Virus record (IMG/VR): IMGVR_UViG_3300043932_000099
Coordinates: 1-32,438 of that record
Length of the DNA: 32,438 bases
Direction: 5' to 3' (one strand)
Origin: a virus
Lineage: Duplodnaviria; Caudoviricetes
Below the pieces are notes generated by a model. The model searched no databases and had not been told where the DNA came from. It worked only from the letters and a program-made list of their open reading frames with translations. A program made the translations under genes and the position numbers. Within the stretch, counting starts at the first letter, position 1. Each line of letters opens with the position of its first letter. Positions 8,652-16,516 of the stretch are shown here, one piece after another.

Positions 8652-8903
8652 ATGAAAATTAATGTATATACTCCAAACTTTCATAGAATTACTGATAATT
8701 ATTTATTAGATGAATTAAGAAAATATAATTCCAAGGAAAAAGTAGTATTTAGACCTAACTGGAAAAGTGGTTATAAATATCAAATCGAAGTAGAAAAAGC
8801 TAGTGAATTGCATGATTTTATTCATAACTTTTACGCCTATGGAAAAAATCCTAAGATTTTAGCTGATGATGATGGTGAATGGTATATAGAAATGAAATAT
8901 TAG
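8652..8903 (+). CDS. Hypothetical phage protein
   Basis: 83-aa ORF abutting the upstream stop. Confidence 0.65.
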   Translation: MKINVYTPNFHRITDNYLLDELRKYNSKEKVVFRPNWKSGYKYQIEVEKASELHDFIHNFYAYGKNPKILADDDGEWYIEMKY

Positions 8904-8913
8904 GAGTGAACTA

Positions 8914-9075
8914 ATGAAATTATTTGTTTTTGAACGTGAATTTGAACTTTTAGATAAATTTGTAAAAAAGATTAATGATTGGGTAAATTTACATAAAGAG
9001 ATTACTATCGTTGATTACAATTTCGGGTATGACAATGATGGAGAACTTCAAACTGTGGTGGTGAAGTGGAAATGA
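8914..9075 (+). CDS. Hypothetical protein (53 aa, not in ORF track)
   Basis: MKLFVFEREFELLDKFVKKINDWVNLHKEITIVDYNFGYDNDGELQTVVVKWK*; AGGAG RBS. Confidence 0.7.
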   Translation: MKLFVFEREFELLDKFVKKINDWVNLHKEITIVDYNFGYDNDGELQTVVVKWK

Positions 9076-9245
9076 TTACAGATGCTTGGTTTAAATTTAA
9101 GGAATGGTGTAGACAATTGTTTTGTCATCATGAATATGTAGCAAATAGAAAATTATTTACAAATGACTTTTATTATATTTGTAGAAAATGTAACAGAAGA
9201 GTAAATGAAGCGCCTAAGGAGTTACAAGTGCAAGATGACAAGTGA
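9072..9245 (+). CDS. Small putative Zn-binding protein (57 aa, not in ORF track)
   Basis: MITDAWFKFKEWCRQLFCHHEY...YYICRKCNRR...; CxH..CxxC motif; ATGA coupling to the upstream ORF. Confidence 0.65.
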   Translation: MITDAWFKFKEWCRQLFCHHEYVANRKLFTNDFYYICRKCNRRVNEAPKELQVQDDK

Positions 9246-9573
9246 ACATGAAATTCAAAAATTGATTCAGGTAGCATTATCACAGCATAAATGTAGCGTG
9301 TTCCGTACAAATGTGGGTAAGGTTCAAACGATTGATAAACGGTGGTTTGATACGGGATTACCTCAAGGATTTCCTGATTTAATGGGATATCGTTGGGTAG
9401 ATAACCAGATTTTTATGATTGAGGTTAAATCAGCAACTGGAAAACCTCGTAAGGATCAGTTACGTTTTCACGAGTTTTTACAATCTCATAACGTAATTCA
9501 TGGAATTGCTAGATCAGTACAAGATGCGTTGATGATTGTTGATGGTGGTTTAGTCGGATACGGCTATGATTAG
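9235..9573 (+). CDS. VRR-NUC domain nuclease (putative Holliday junction resolvase)
   Basis: SEHEIQ, GFPDL, IEVK and Q..F motifs. Start reassigned to MTSEHEIQ (9235). Confidence 0.88.
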   Translation: MTSEHEIQKLIQVALSQHKCSVFRTNVGKVQTIDKRWFDTGLPQGFPDLMGYRWVDNQIFMIEVKSATGKPRKDQLRFHEFLQSHNVIHGIARSVQDALMIVDGGLVGYGYD

Positions 9574-9596
9574 TTTGTTATATAGGAGTGGGTACA

Positions 9597-10043
9597 GTGA
9601 GCTTAGGTTTATTTCCGGAATTAGATGAAAAAGAAACTAGAAAATCTGTTTCTAAGTTTCTAACTAAGGATCTTGAAAGACTATTGCTTATGAGCGGACA
9701 TGATCTTTTAGATTTAAAGTCACCTGTACTAAGTGCAGCTCCTGGTCATAGCAATGGAGAAAATCATAATGAAGCTGCAATTATTCGTGGACTTAATGCT
9801 GAAGCAATGATTAAGGCTGTTGCTGATACTATTGCGCATTGTTCTGATAATTCAAGGAAAGTTTTACTAGGCTTATTTATCTATCAGCAGTCATGGGATG
9901 AAGTTCAAAAGACTTTATTTTGTGAACATAACAAGCTCGGATATACCCGTAAGAAAGCTCTTTATGATTTTGCAGATAGCTTTGATTTTTGGCAAAGATT
10001 TTATGAATGTGAACCGATTATTGATCTTCATAAATATAAGTAA
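9597..10043 (+). CDS. ArpU/Ltr-family late transcriptional activator
   Basis: 'LFPELDEKETRKSV', 'LKSP' and C-terminal 'KKALYDFA'. Last early gene before the packaging module; GTG 9597 fits the AGGAG RBS. Confidence 0.82.
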   Translation: MSLGLFPELDEKETRKSVSKFLTKDLERLLLMSGHDLLDLKSPVLSAAPGHSNGENHNEAAIIRGLNAEAMIKAVADTIAHCSDNSRKVLLGLFIYQQSWDEVQKTLFCEHNKLGYTRKKALYDFADSFDFWQRFYECEPIIDLHKYK

Positions 10044-10105
10044 GGGTACTTTGAAGGTATAATTATGGTACTTCAATAGTCTTTAGGTATGGTTAAATAT
10101 ATATT
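10044..10105 (+). promoter_or_regulatory. Putative late promoter with activator-binding direct repeats
   Basis: GGTA(CTT/TAA) at 10045, 10056 and 10067 (11-bp phasing) immediately after the activator stop, followed by a TG/AT-rich -10-like region. Confidence 0.6.
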
Positions 10106-10172
10106 GTGAGTTAATAAAAATTAATTCACCGCATTAATAGAATTCCTCTCTATATTTATGTATTTAACAGGT

Positions 10173-10228
10173 GGGAAATATCTCTAAATGGTGAGACATT
10201 AAGCTTGGTTCGATTCCAGTATTTCCCA
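10173..10228 (+). ncRNA. tRNA-like element lacking the anticodon arm
   Basis: GGGAAAT/ATTTCCC acceptor stem plus discriminator A; D arm TCTC-TAAATGGT-GAGA; T arm TGG-TTCGATT-CCA; only CATTAAG between the D and T arms. Confidence 0.7.
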
Positions 10229-10270
10229 TAGTCCTAAAAAGGACTTATAATTTATATTCATCTCAAAATG

Positions 10271-10301
10271 TCAACTCTACTACTTCTGAGTTGATTTTTT
10301 T
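10271..10301 (+). terminator. Intrinsic terminator
   Basis: TCAACTC, 10-nt loop, GAGTTGA, followed by T7. Confidence 0.6.
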
Positions 10302-10325
10302 ATAATTATTTTGAGGTGAATATTT

Positions 10326-10724
10326 ATGATAACTTTTAGTAGTGCAATTTCTATATTAAAAAATGCACAAACTTTAGCAGAAAAATTAAAAAATCGTGAA
10401 TTAAATGATGCATTATTATCTCTTCAGCAAGAATTGATAGGATTGGGAAATCAAAATCTTGAATTGAAAGAAAAATATGATGAACTAAAAAAGTATTTAG
10501 AAATACCAAATGATGTTTATTTAGATAATGATGGTTTTATTTGCAGAAAAAATGATACTAGAAAATACTGTCCGCATTGCTGGAATAAATATAGAAAATT
10601 TTCATTAATGCCTTTAGAAGGAGAAGAAGTCTTGGATTATTTAAACGCTTCAAAGCCTTATATGTATAAATGTTCAGCGTGTAGCCATGAAGTAAAGTCA
10701 AATAAAGCTTATTTTAAAAATTAA
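10326..10724 (+). CDS. Moron-like coiled-coil plus Zn-ribbon protein
   Basis: Helical N-half; CPHC...CSAC; GAGGTG RBS; flanked by terminators; very AT-rich. Confidence 0.75.
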   Translation: MITFSSAISILKNAQTLAEKLKNRELNDALLSLQQELIGLGNQNLELKEKYDELKKYLEIPNDVYLDNDGFICRKNDTRKYCPHCWNKYRKFSLMPLEGEEVLDYLNASKPYMYKCSACSHEVKSNKAYFKN

Positions 10725-10730
10725 ATTCCA

Positions 10731-10755
10731 GTCTAGCAAAAAGCTAGACCTTTTT
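10731..10755 (+). terminator. Intrinsic terminator
   Basis: GTCTAGC-AAAAA-GCTAGAC followed by CTTTTTATTTT. Confidence 0.7.
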
Positions 10756-10765
10756 ATTTTAGGAG

Positions 10766-11197
10766 ATGAGTAGCATTACTAAATTAACTCAAAAACAACG
10801 TAGATTCATTGATGAGTACATTATTTCTGGTAATGCTACTCAAGCTGCTATTAAAGCAGGATATTCTAAAAAGACTGCGCGTAAGATTGGTCAAGAAAAC
10901 CTAACAAAACCAGACATTAAAGCTGAGATTGAAAAACGCAATGCTGAAATTCAATCTGAAAAAACTGCTGATATGACTGAGGTAATGGAATATCTTACCT
11001 CAGTTATGCGTGGTGAACAGACTGAATCAGTGGCAACTTCTAAAGGTGTATTTTCTGGGATTGAAGTCTCAGCTAAAGATAGGATTAAGGCTGCTGAACT
11101 TATCGGTAAACGTAATGGAGCATGGACTGATAAGAAAGAACTAACTGGAGATTTGAAGATAGATATTGGAGTGGGTGATTATGATGATGAAGATTAG
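10766..11197 (+). CDS. terS: Terminase small subunit
   Basis: KLTQKQRRFIDEY..NATQAAIKAGYSKKTA..GQENL and DRIKAAELIGK (Terminase_2 type). Confidence 0.93.
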   Translation: MSSITKLTQKQRRFIDEYIISGNATQAAIKAGYSKKTARKIGQENLTKPDIKAEIEKRNAEIQSEKTADMTEVMEYLTSVMRGEQTESVATSKGVFSGIEVSAKDRIKAAELIGKRNGAWTDKKELTGDLKIDIGVGDYDDED

Positions 11198-11345
11198 TGC
11201 AATGCTGTTAATTCCAATTATGGTTATTTCAACATTATTGATTAAGCCTGAATTAATTGGAGCAGGGATGTTTATCACTTCATTAATTCTTGAATTGATG
11301 GTAATTTTTACAGTTAATAACGATCATGACGAAGATAAGTCTTAA
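11181..11345 (+). CDS. Small 2-TM membrane protein between terS and terL (54 aa, not in ORF track)
   Basis: MMMKISAMLLIPIMVISTLLIKPELIGAGMFITSLILELMVIFTVNNDHDEDKS*; GGAGTGGG RBS; overlaps both neighbours. Confidence 0.65.
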   Translation: MMMKISAMLLIPIMVISTLLIKPELIGAGMFITSLILELMVIFTVNNDHDEDKS

Positions 11346-12597
11346 TTTTCCAAAGCCTGCTAAAGTGTTTAATCGTCAGATCTTTGATTCATTGTTTGAT
11401 TACACTCACTTTACAGAAGTCTGGTACGGTGGTGCTAGCTCTGGTAAGTCTCATGGTGTGGTTCAAAAGGTTGTTCTTAAATCTCTTAAGAGTTGGCCAA
11501 CACCTAGAAAAGTTTTGTGGATGCGAAAAGTTGATCGAAATATTCAGGACTCTATCTTTACTGATGTGATTGATTGTTTATCTTCCTGGCAGATCTTGCC
11601 ACTGTGTAAAGTTAATAAATCTAACCGTACTATTCATTTACCGAATGGTGCGATTTTTCTTTTCAAGGGATTAGATGATCCAGAAAAAATTAAGTCAATC
11701 AAGGGTTTATCTGATGTGGTTATGGAAGAAGCGTCAGAATTTAATCATAATGACTACACTCAATTAACGCTTAGACTTCGCGAACCTAAGCATAAGCAGC
11801 GACAAATCTTTTGTATGTTTAACCCAGTCAGCAAGCTTAATTGGACTTATACAACTTGGTTTGATCCAAATGCTGATTATGACAAAAGCCGTGTAGCAAT
11901 CCATCAATCGACTTACAAGGATAATAAATTCTTAGATGCTGATAACATCAAGACAATTGAGGACTTAAAGAGAACCAATCCAGCTTATTATAAGATCTAT
12001 ACACTAGGTGAGTTTGCAACACTTGATAAGCTGGTCTTTCCAAGTTTTGAAACTCGTAGATTAGATCCTCATAGCAAGGATTTAGTTAATATTCCTGATT
12101 ACTTTGGTCTTGACTTCGGTTATGTTAACGATCCTAGTGCATTTACTCATACCAAGATAGATATGAAAAACAAGATTATTTATGTGATTGATGAGTTTGT
12201 TAAGAAAGGATTACTTAACAATGAATTAGCTCAAGTAATTAAGGATATGGGCTATAGCAAGGAAGTAATCACAGCTGATAGTGCTGAAAAGAAATCAATT
12301 GCTGAAATGCGTAGAGATGGAATCTATCGAATTCGGCCAGCATTAAAGGGACCAGATTCCATCATTCAGGGTATTCAGTTCTTGCAGCAATTTAAGTGGG
12401 TGGTTGATGATCGTTGCGTTAAGACTATTGAAGAATTGCAGAACTACACTTATGTGAAAGACAAGAAAACTAATGAATATACTAATCGTCCAATTGACGC
12501 ATATAACCACTGTATAGATTCAATTAGATATGGTTCAGAAGAACTAAATGGTAACAGTAGTCCAACGATTAAATTTACTAGGAATGTTTTATTTTAA
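11326..12597 (+). CDS. terL: Terminase large subunit, PBSX family
   Basis: GGASSGKS Walker A, MEEA Walker B, FNP, GLDFG and NHCIDSIRY nuclease motifs. Confidence 0.95.
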   Translation: MTKISLNFPKPAKVFNRQIFDSLFDYTHFTEVWYGGASSGKSHGVVQKVVLKSLKSWPTPRKVLWMRKVDRNIQDSIFTDVIDCLSSWQILPLCKVNKSNRTIHLPNGAIFLFKGLDDPEKIKSIKGLSDVVMEEASEFNHNDYTQLTLRLREPKHKQRQIFCMFNPVSKLNWTYTTWFDPNADYDKSRVAIHQSTYKDNKFLDADNIKTIEDLKRTNPAYYKIYTLGEFATLDKLVFPSFETRRLDPHSKDLVNIPDYFGLDFGYVNDPSAFTHTKIDMKNKIIYVIDEFVKKGLLNNELAQVIKDMGYSKEVITADSAEKKSIAEMRRDGIYRIRPALKGPDSIIQGIQFLQQFKWVVDDRCVKTIEELQNYTYVKDKKTNEYTNRPIDAYNHCIDSIRYGSEELNGNSSPTIKFTRNVLF

Positions 12598-12609
12598 GGC
12601 GGTGAAAGA

Positions 12610-14016
12610 ATGGCAGAAACATTTAATGATAAAGTTCAGGTACTAAAAAATGATGTGTTTCTTTATGCTAAGGGAGAAGAATTAAGTATTGATGAACTTA
12701 GGTGGTTAATCAATCGAAATGAAAAGATAGCGAAAGAAAAATATGATAAGTTAATGGCTTATTATGTTGGAAAGCATGATATTTTAGATAAGCCTAATAA
12801 GGTTAGTGGCGTTGCACCTAAGTTAGTTAATAATATGCCGAGATACTTGGTTAATACTTACAACGGATTTTTTACTGGCATCTCTCCCAAAATCACGCTT
12901 CCAGATGATAATGAAAATGAAACATTGCAAGACTGGAACAGCACTAATTCAATTTTTGATAAAACAAGCGAACTATCCAAACAAGTTGATATATTTGGAC
13001 GTTCGCTTTTTTATGTGTATCAAGATGAAGATGGAAATACTTGTGTAACTGTATCAAGTCCAACGCACAGTTTTATGATTTATGATGATACGGTTAGTCA
13101 CAGACCATTAGCTTTTGTTCGATATTACAGAACAAGCAAGGGAGAATTGAATGCGACTGTTTGGTATGCAAACCATGTAGTTGATTTAATAAACGATTCT
13201 TTAATTGATCACATTTTTGATGGAAACGAATCCAAAGATGGAGTTAATATTTATGGTCAAGTTCCAGCAGTTGAATTTTATGAAACAGAAGAACGTGAAT
13301 CCTTATATGGTGGCGGTATTTTAACTTTGGTTGATGCATTAGACGATACGTTGAGCCAAAAGTTAGACAATATTAATTACCTAGCTGATAGCTATATGTA
13401 TTTATTAGGTGGTCACGTTGAACAAGATGAAATTAAAGTAATGCGTCTTAATCGGTTTATTCAAGTTGATGGAACTGATGCCGTTAACATGAAGATTGGT
13501 TTCCTAGAACGCCCAGATGGTGACAATATCCAGGAGCATATGATCGAACATCTTAATCAAACTATTCATGAGGATACTGGTATTCCAGATATGAAAGATG
13601 AAGCCTTTTCTGGTAATTCTTCAGGAGTGGCTATCAGATATAAATTAATGCCGATGGAAAATCGGGCAATGACTAAAGAACGTAAATTTACTCAAGGTTT
13701 GCGTAAACTGTATAAGATTATCTTTTCTTCATTTACAAATGTTTTAGATGATCCAGAAGCTTGGCGAGATTTAGCCTTTAAATTTACGAGAAATATTCCT
13801 GCTAACTTAGCTGATGAAGTTTCAACTGCTAAAAATGCTGAAGGTATTGTTTCTCATAAGACACAACTTTCAATGATTTCTACTGTTACTGATCCTCAAG
13901 CAGAACTTGATGAAATTACTAAGGAAAAGACCGAGGCAATCAAACAAGCTCAAGATGCAATTGGTTCTAATCCTGATTTAGTAAACGAGGATAAGGACGA
14001 TGAAGAAGAGGAATAA
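12610..14016 (+). CDS. Portal protein, SPP1 gp6 family
   Basis: 468 aa after terL; YYVGKHDIL, FSGNSSGVAIRYKL and FTRNIPAN motifs. Confidence 0.93.
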   Translation: MAETFNDKVQVLKNDVFLYAKGEELSIDELRWLINRNEKIAKEKYDKLMAYYVGKHDILDKPNKVSGVAPKLVNNMPRYLVNTYNGFFTGISPKITLPDDNENETLQDWNSTNSIFDKTSELSKQVDIFGRSLFYVYQDEDGNTCVTVSSPTHSFMIYDDTVSHRPLAFVRYYRTSKGELNATVWYANHVVDLINDSLIDHIFDGNESKDGVNIYGQVPAVEFYETEERESLYGGGILTLVDALDDTLSQKLDNINYLADSYMYLLGGHVEQDEIKVMRLNRFIQVDGTDAVNMKIGFLERPDGDNIQEHMIEHLNQTIHEDTGIPDMKDEAFSGNSSGVAIRYKLMPMENRAMTKERKFTQGLRKLYKIIFSSFTNVLDDPEAWRDLAFKFTRNIPANLADEVSTAKNAEGIVSHKTQLSMISTVTDPQAELDEITKEKTEAIKQAQDAIGSNPDLVNEDKDDEEEE

Positions 14017-15568
14017 TTATTGGAAACTGCGTGCCATTAATGAACGTAGGTGGCAATTAAAGCAGCTGCAAAAGGATAGTAGATTTAATAAGGTCCTTGA
14101 TCGTTCATATCAGATCGCTGTAGATAATATTAATAAGCAAATTGAACATGAATTAACCCGTATTAGTGGCATTCGTAATTTAGTTACTGCTGACCAGATG
14201 AGTGAATATGAGAGATTAGCCCAACAAGTAGTTAATAGAGCTAATATAATGAGAGCAGCGGGTAAGAAGATTAAGTATTCTGACTTTCCTCAAGAGATTA
14301 ATGAGAGATTGAAGGTTTACAATGCCACAATGAGAATTAATCAGCTTGAACTTCTAAAATCAGAGGTAGGAACACATCTTTTTGAGTTAGGGATGGATGT
14401 TGAAACTAAAATCACTGATAAAGTGTACAAAGATTATTTTGATGAAATGAAAAGGCAGGCTGGTATTCTTAAAGCTACCACCAGTAATAATATTTGGACG
14501 TCTCCTGCGGTTGTTGATAGTGCTACGGCCAACATTGCAGTTGGAGCATTTAGTAAAAATATATGGGCAAATATTGATAATTTAAAAGCTCGATTAGATG
14601 GCTTACTAGCTACAGCTATGATACGCGGTGACAATCCCAAAGAAATGGTTAAATATTTAAAGCCATTAGTTAAAAGTACAGTTAAGAATTCTGCTTATGC
14701 TGCTGAAAGAATTGCAAGAACTGAATCGTCAAGAGTCCAGCATGAAGCGCAAGTTTTATCATTAAAGCAAAATGATTATAAGTATTGTAAGTGGTATATA
14801 GAACCTGGAGCATGCAAGTATTGTCGTGAAATTGCTCATAGTAATTCTGGCGGAAACTTGCCAGAAGGAATTTATGAAGTTGATGATTGTCCTGATATTC
14901 CAGTTCATCCCAATTGTAGATGCTCGATTGGAGCTTATTGGCTTGATGAAGAAAGTTCTGTAAAAAAAACAGAAGATGAAAAGGTTGAAAAAAAGAATCC
15001 ATTTTACGAAATTTCTAAATTTACTAATGCTGATGAAGCTCTGTTTAATAAGAAATCTAATGAGTGGTATCAATCTTTAGAAGAACCAGAAAAGAAAGCC
15101 GTTGGTGAGTATATTTCTGGTTCAGAAGGATATAATGCTTGGTTGAGAGATGGCACAAAAGGATGGAAAGATAAATATACGAAAGAGCAGATTGATATGG
15201 CAGTAAAGAGATATCAAAGCATTGATAAAAATCTTAATGCTGCTATAGATAAAGCTCCTAAGTTAAAATCTTTTACTACTCAACGTTATGTTAATAAAAA
15301 AGAGTATGAAGCTTATACTAAATATGCAGAAGATGGTAAGAAACATATCTTTAAAAATATGAAAAGTACATCTCCATTTAATGGTAGTTTCAAGAGTGAT
15401 TATAAAATTACTTACTACATTCCAGAAGGAACGAAAGGCGTTTATTTTGGACGGGATGCTGCTAGGATGTTTTGTGATGAAAAAGAGTTTTTAGTAAAAA
15501 GTGGTCAAGATTTTTATGTAAAAAATGATGGAGGTAAATTATTCGTTTATGTACAACCGAAGTCTTAA
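14000..15568 (+). CDS. MuF/SPP1 gp7 minor head protein fused to a C-terminal ADP-ribosyltransferase domain
   Basis: AERIARTE, CKYC and PVHPNCRC (MuF), then EY...YNAWLR, QRY, KSTS, IPEGTKG and DEKEFL (R-S-ExE ART signature). Confidence 0.85.
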   Translation: MKKRNNYWKLRAINERRWQLKQLQKDSRFNKVLDRSYQIAVDNINKQIEHELTRISGIRNLVTADQMSEYERLAQQVVNRANIMRAAGKKIKYSDFPQEINERLKVYNATMRINQLELLKSEVGTHLFELGMDVETKITDKVYKDYFDEMKRQAGILKATTSNNIWTSPAVVDSATANIAVGAFSKNIWANIDNLKARLDGLLATAMIRGDNPKEMVKYLKPLVKSTVKNSAYAAERIARTESSRVQHEAQVLSLKQNDYKYCKWYIEPGACKYCREIAHSNSGGNLPEGIYEVDDCPDIPVHPNCRCSIGAYWLDEESSVKKTEDEKVEKKNPFYEISKFTNADEALFNKKSNEWYQSLEEPEKKAVGEYISGSEGYNAWLRDGTKGWKDKYTKEQIDMAVKRYQSIDKNLNAAIDKAPKLKSFTTQRYVNKKEYEAYTKYAEDGKKHIFKNMKSTSPFNGSFKSDYKITYYIPEGTKGVYFGRDAARMFCDEKEFLVKSGQDFYVKNDGGKLFVYVQPKS

Positions 15569-15842
15569 ACAAAAATTATTACTAAGTTTTATTCCACCCG
15601 TTAGGATTAAAAGATTTATAGATAATCAAGATTTTAAACAAGTATTTGAAACTCAAGATCATCATATAGTGGTAAAAGATTCCATTAGATTAGAAGATTT
15701 TGCTGATTATAATGTATTATCTCAATTTAATAGTGATGAACAGGTATACATTAATTTAATGGAAATAAATAGTGATTATAATTCTAAATTTAAAATGTAT
15801 TTTGGAATTACTTTAGATGATTATGAAAAAGAGAAATTATAG
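15549..15842 (+). CDS. Hypothetical protein, candidate immunity protein for the MuF toxin
   Basis: Overlaps the toxin 3' end; GGAGGT at 15530 favours ATG 15549; followed by a terminator. Confidence 0.55.
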   Translation: MYNRSLKQKLLLSFIPPVRIKRFIDNQDFKQVFETQDHHIVVKDSIRLEDFADYNVLSQFNSDEQVYINLMEINSDYNSKFKMYFGITLDDYEKEKL

Positions 15843-15843
15843 T

Positions 15844-15874
15844 AAGCGACTATTTCGATAGTCGTTTTTATTTT
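15844..15874 (+). terminator. Intrinsic terminator
   Basis: AAGCGACTAT-TTCG-ATAGTCGTTT followed by a T-rich tail. Confidence 0.75.
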
Positions 15875-15952
15875 GCCTTTTTTCCTGTGGCAAGGCATTA
15901 AAGAAGCTGCTGAGTAGAAAGTTAACCACTAACTGAAAGTGAGGATTTATTT

Positions 15953-16504
15953 ATGGAAAACGAAAATCAAGAAGTTAAGACAGATTCCAAAACCGCGGAT
16001 AAAACAAATGAATCTTTTAAGACTTTTACGCAAGAAGAAGTTAATGAAATGATTAATAAGCGTATCGAACGAGAACGCAAGAATCAGGCTGAACAGCTTA
16101 GCAAGGCAAAGGATGAAGCAACTAAGTTAGCTAAAATGAATTCTGATCAAAAGAAAGATTATGAACTTGATAAAACAGCTAAAGAACGTGATGATGCGGT
16201 GGCCAAGCTGCAACGCTATGAAATGCGTGATCAAGCCCGAGATATGCTTAGTGAAAATAATCTAACTTTAACTGATAAGCAACTTGATTTGGTTGTTACC
16301 GGGGATGCTGAAACAACTAAGGCTAATGTCGAAATGTTAGCTGAAATTGCTAAGAGTATCCGTGATGAAGTACGTGATGATTTCAGAAAAGGAAAAACAC
16401 CACGGACGAATAATGACACTCTTACTCGTGAACAGATTGAAAAAATTCAAGATCCTGTTGAACGAGTAAATATGATTAGAACACATATGAATTTATTTAA
16501 TTAG
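15953..16504 (+). CDS. Head scaffolding protein (DUF4355)
   Basis: KTFTQEEVNEMI..R..RE, EATKLAKMN and GKTP motifs; precedes the capsid gene. Confidence 0.88.
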   Translation: MENENQEVKTDSKTADKTNESFKTFTQEEVNEMINKRIERERKNQAEQLSKAKDEATKLAKMNSDQKKDYELDKTAKERDDAVAKLQRYEMRDQARDMLSENNLTLTDKQLDLVVTGDAETTKANVEMLAEIAKSIRDEVRDDFRKGKTPRTNNDTLTREQIEKIQDPVERVNMIRTHMNLFN

Positions 16505-16516
16505 GAGACTATATAA

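Noticed and set aside
10173-10228. Calling the element a functional tRNA gene
   Set aside because: No anticodon stem-loop can be formed from the 7 nt between the D and T arms.
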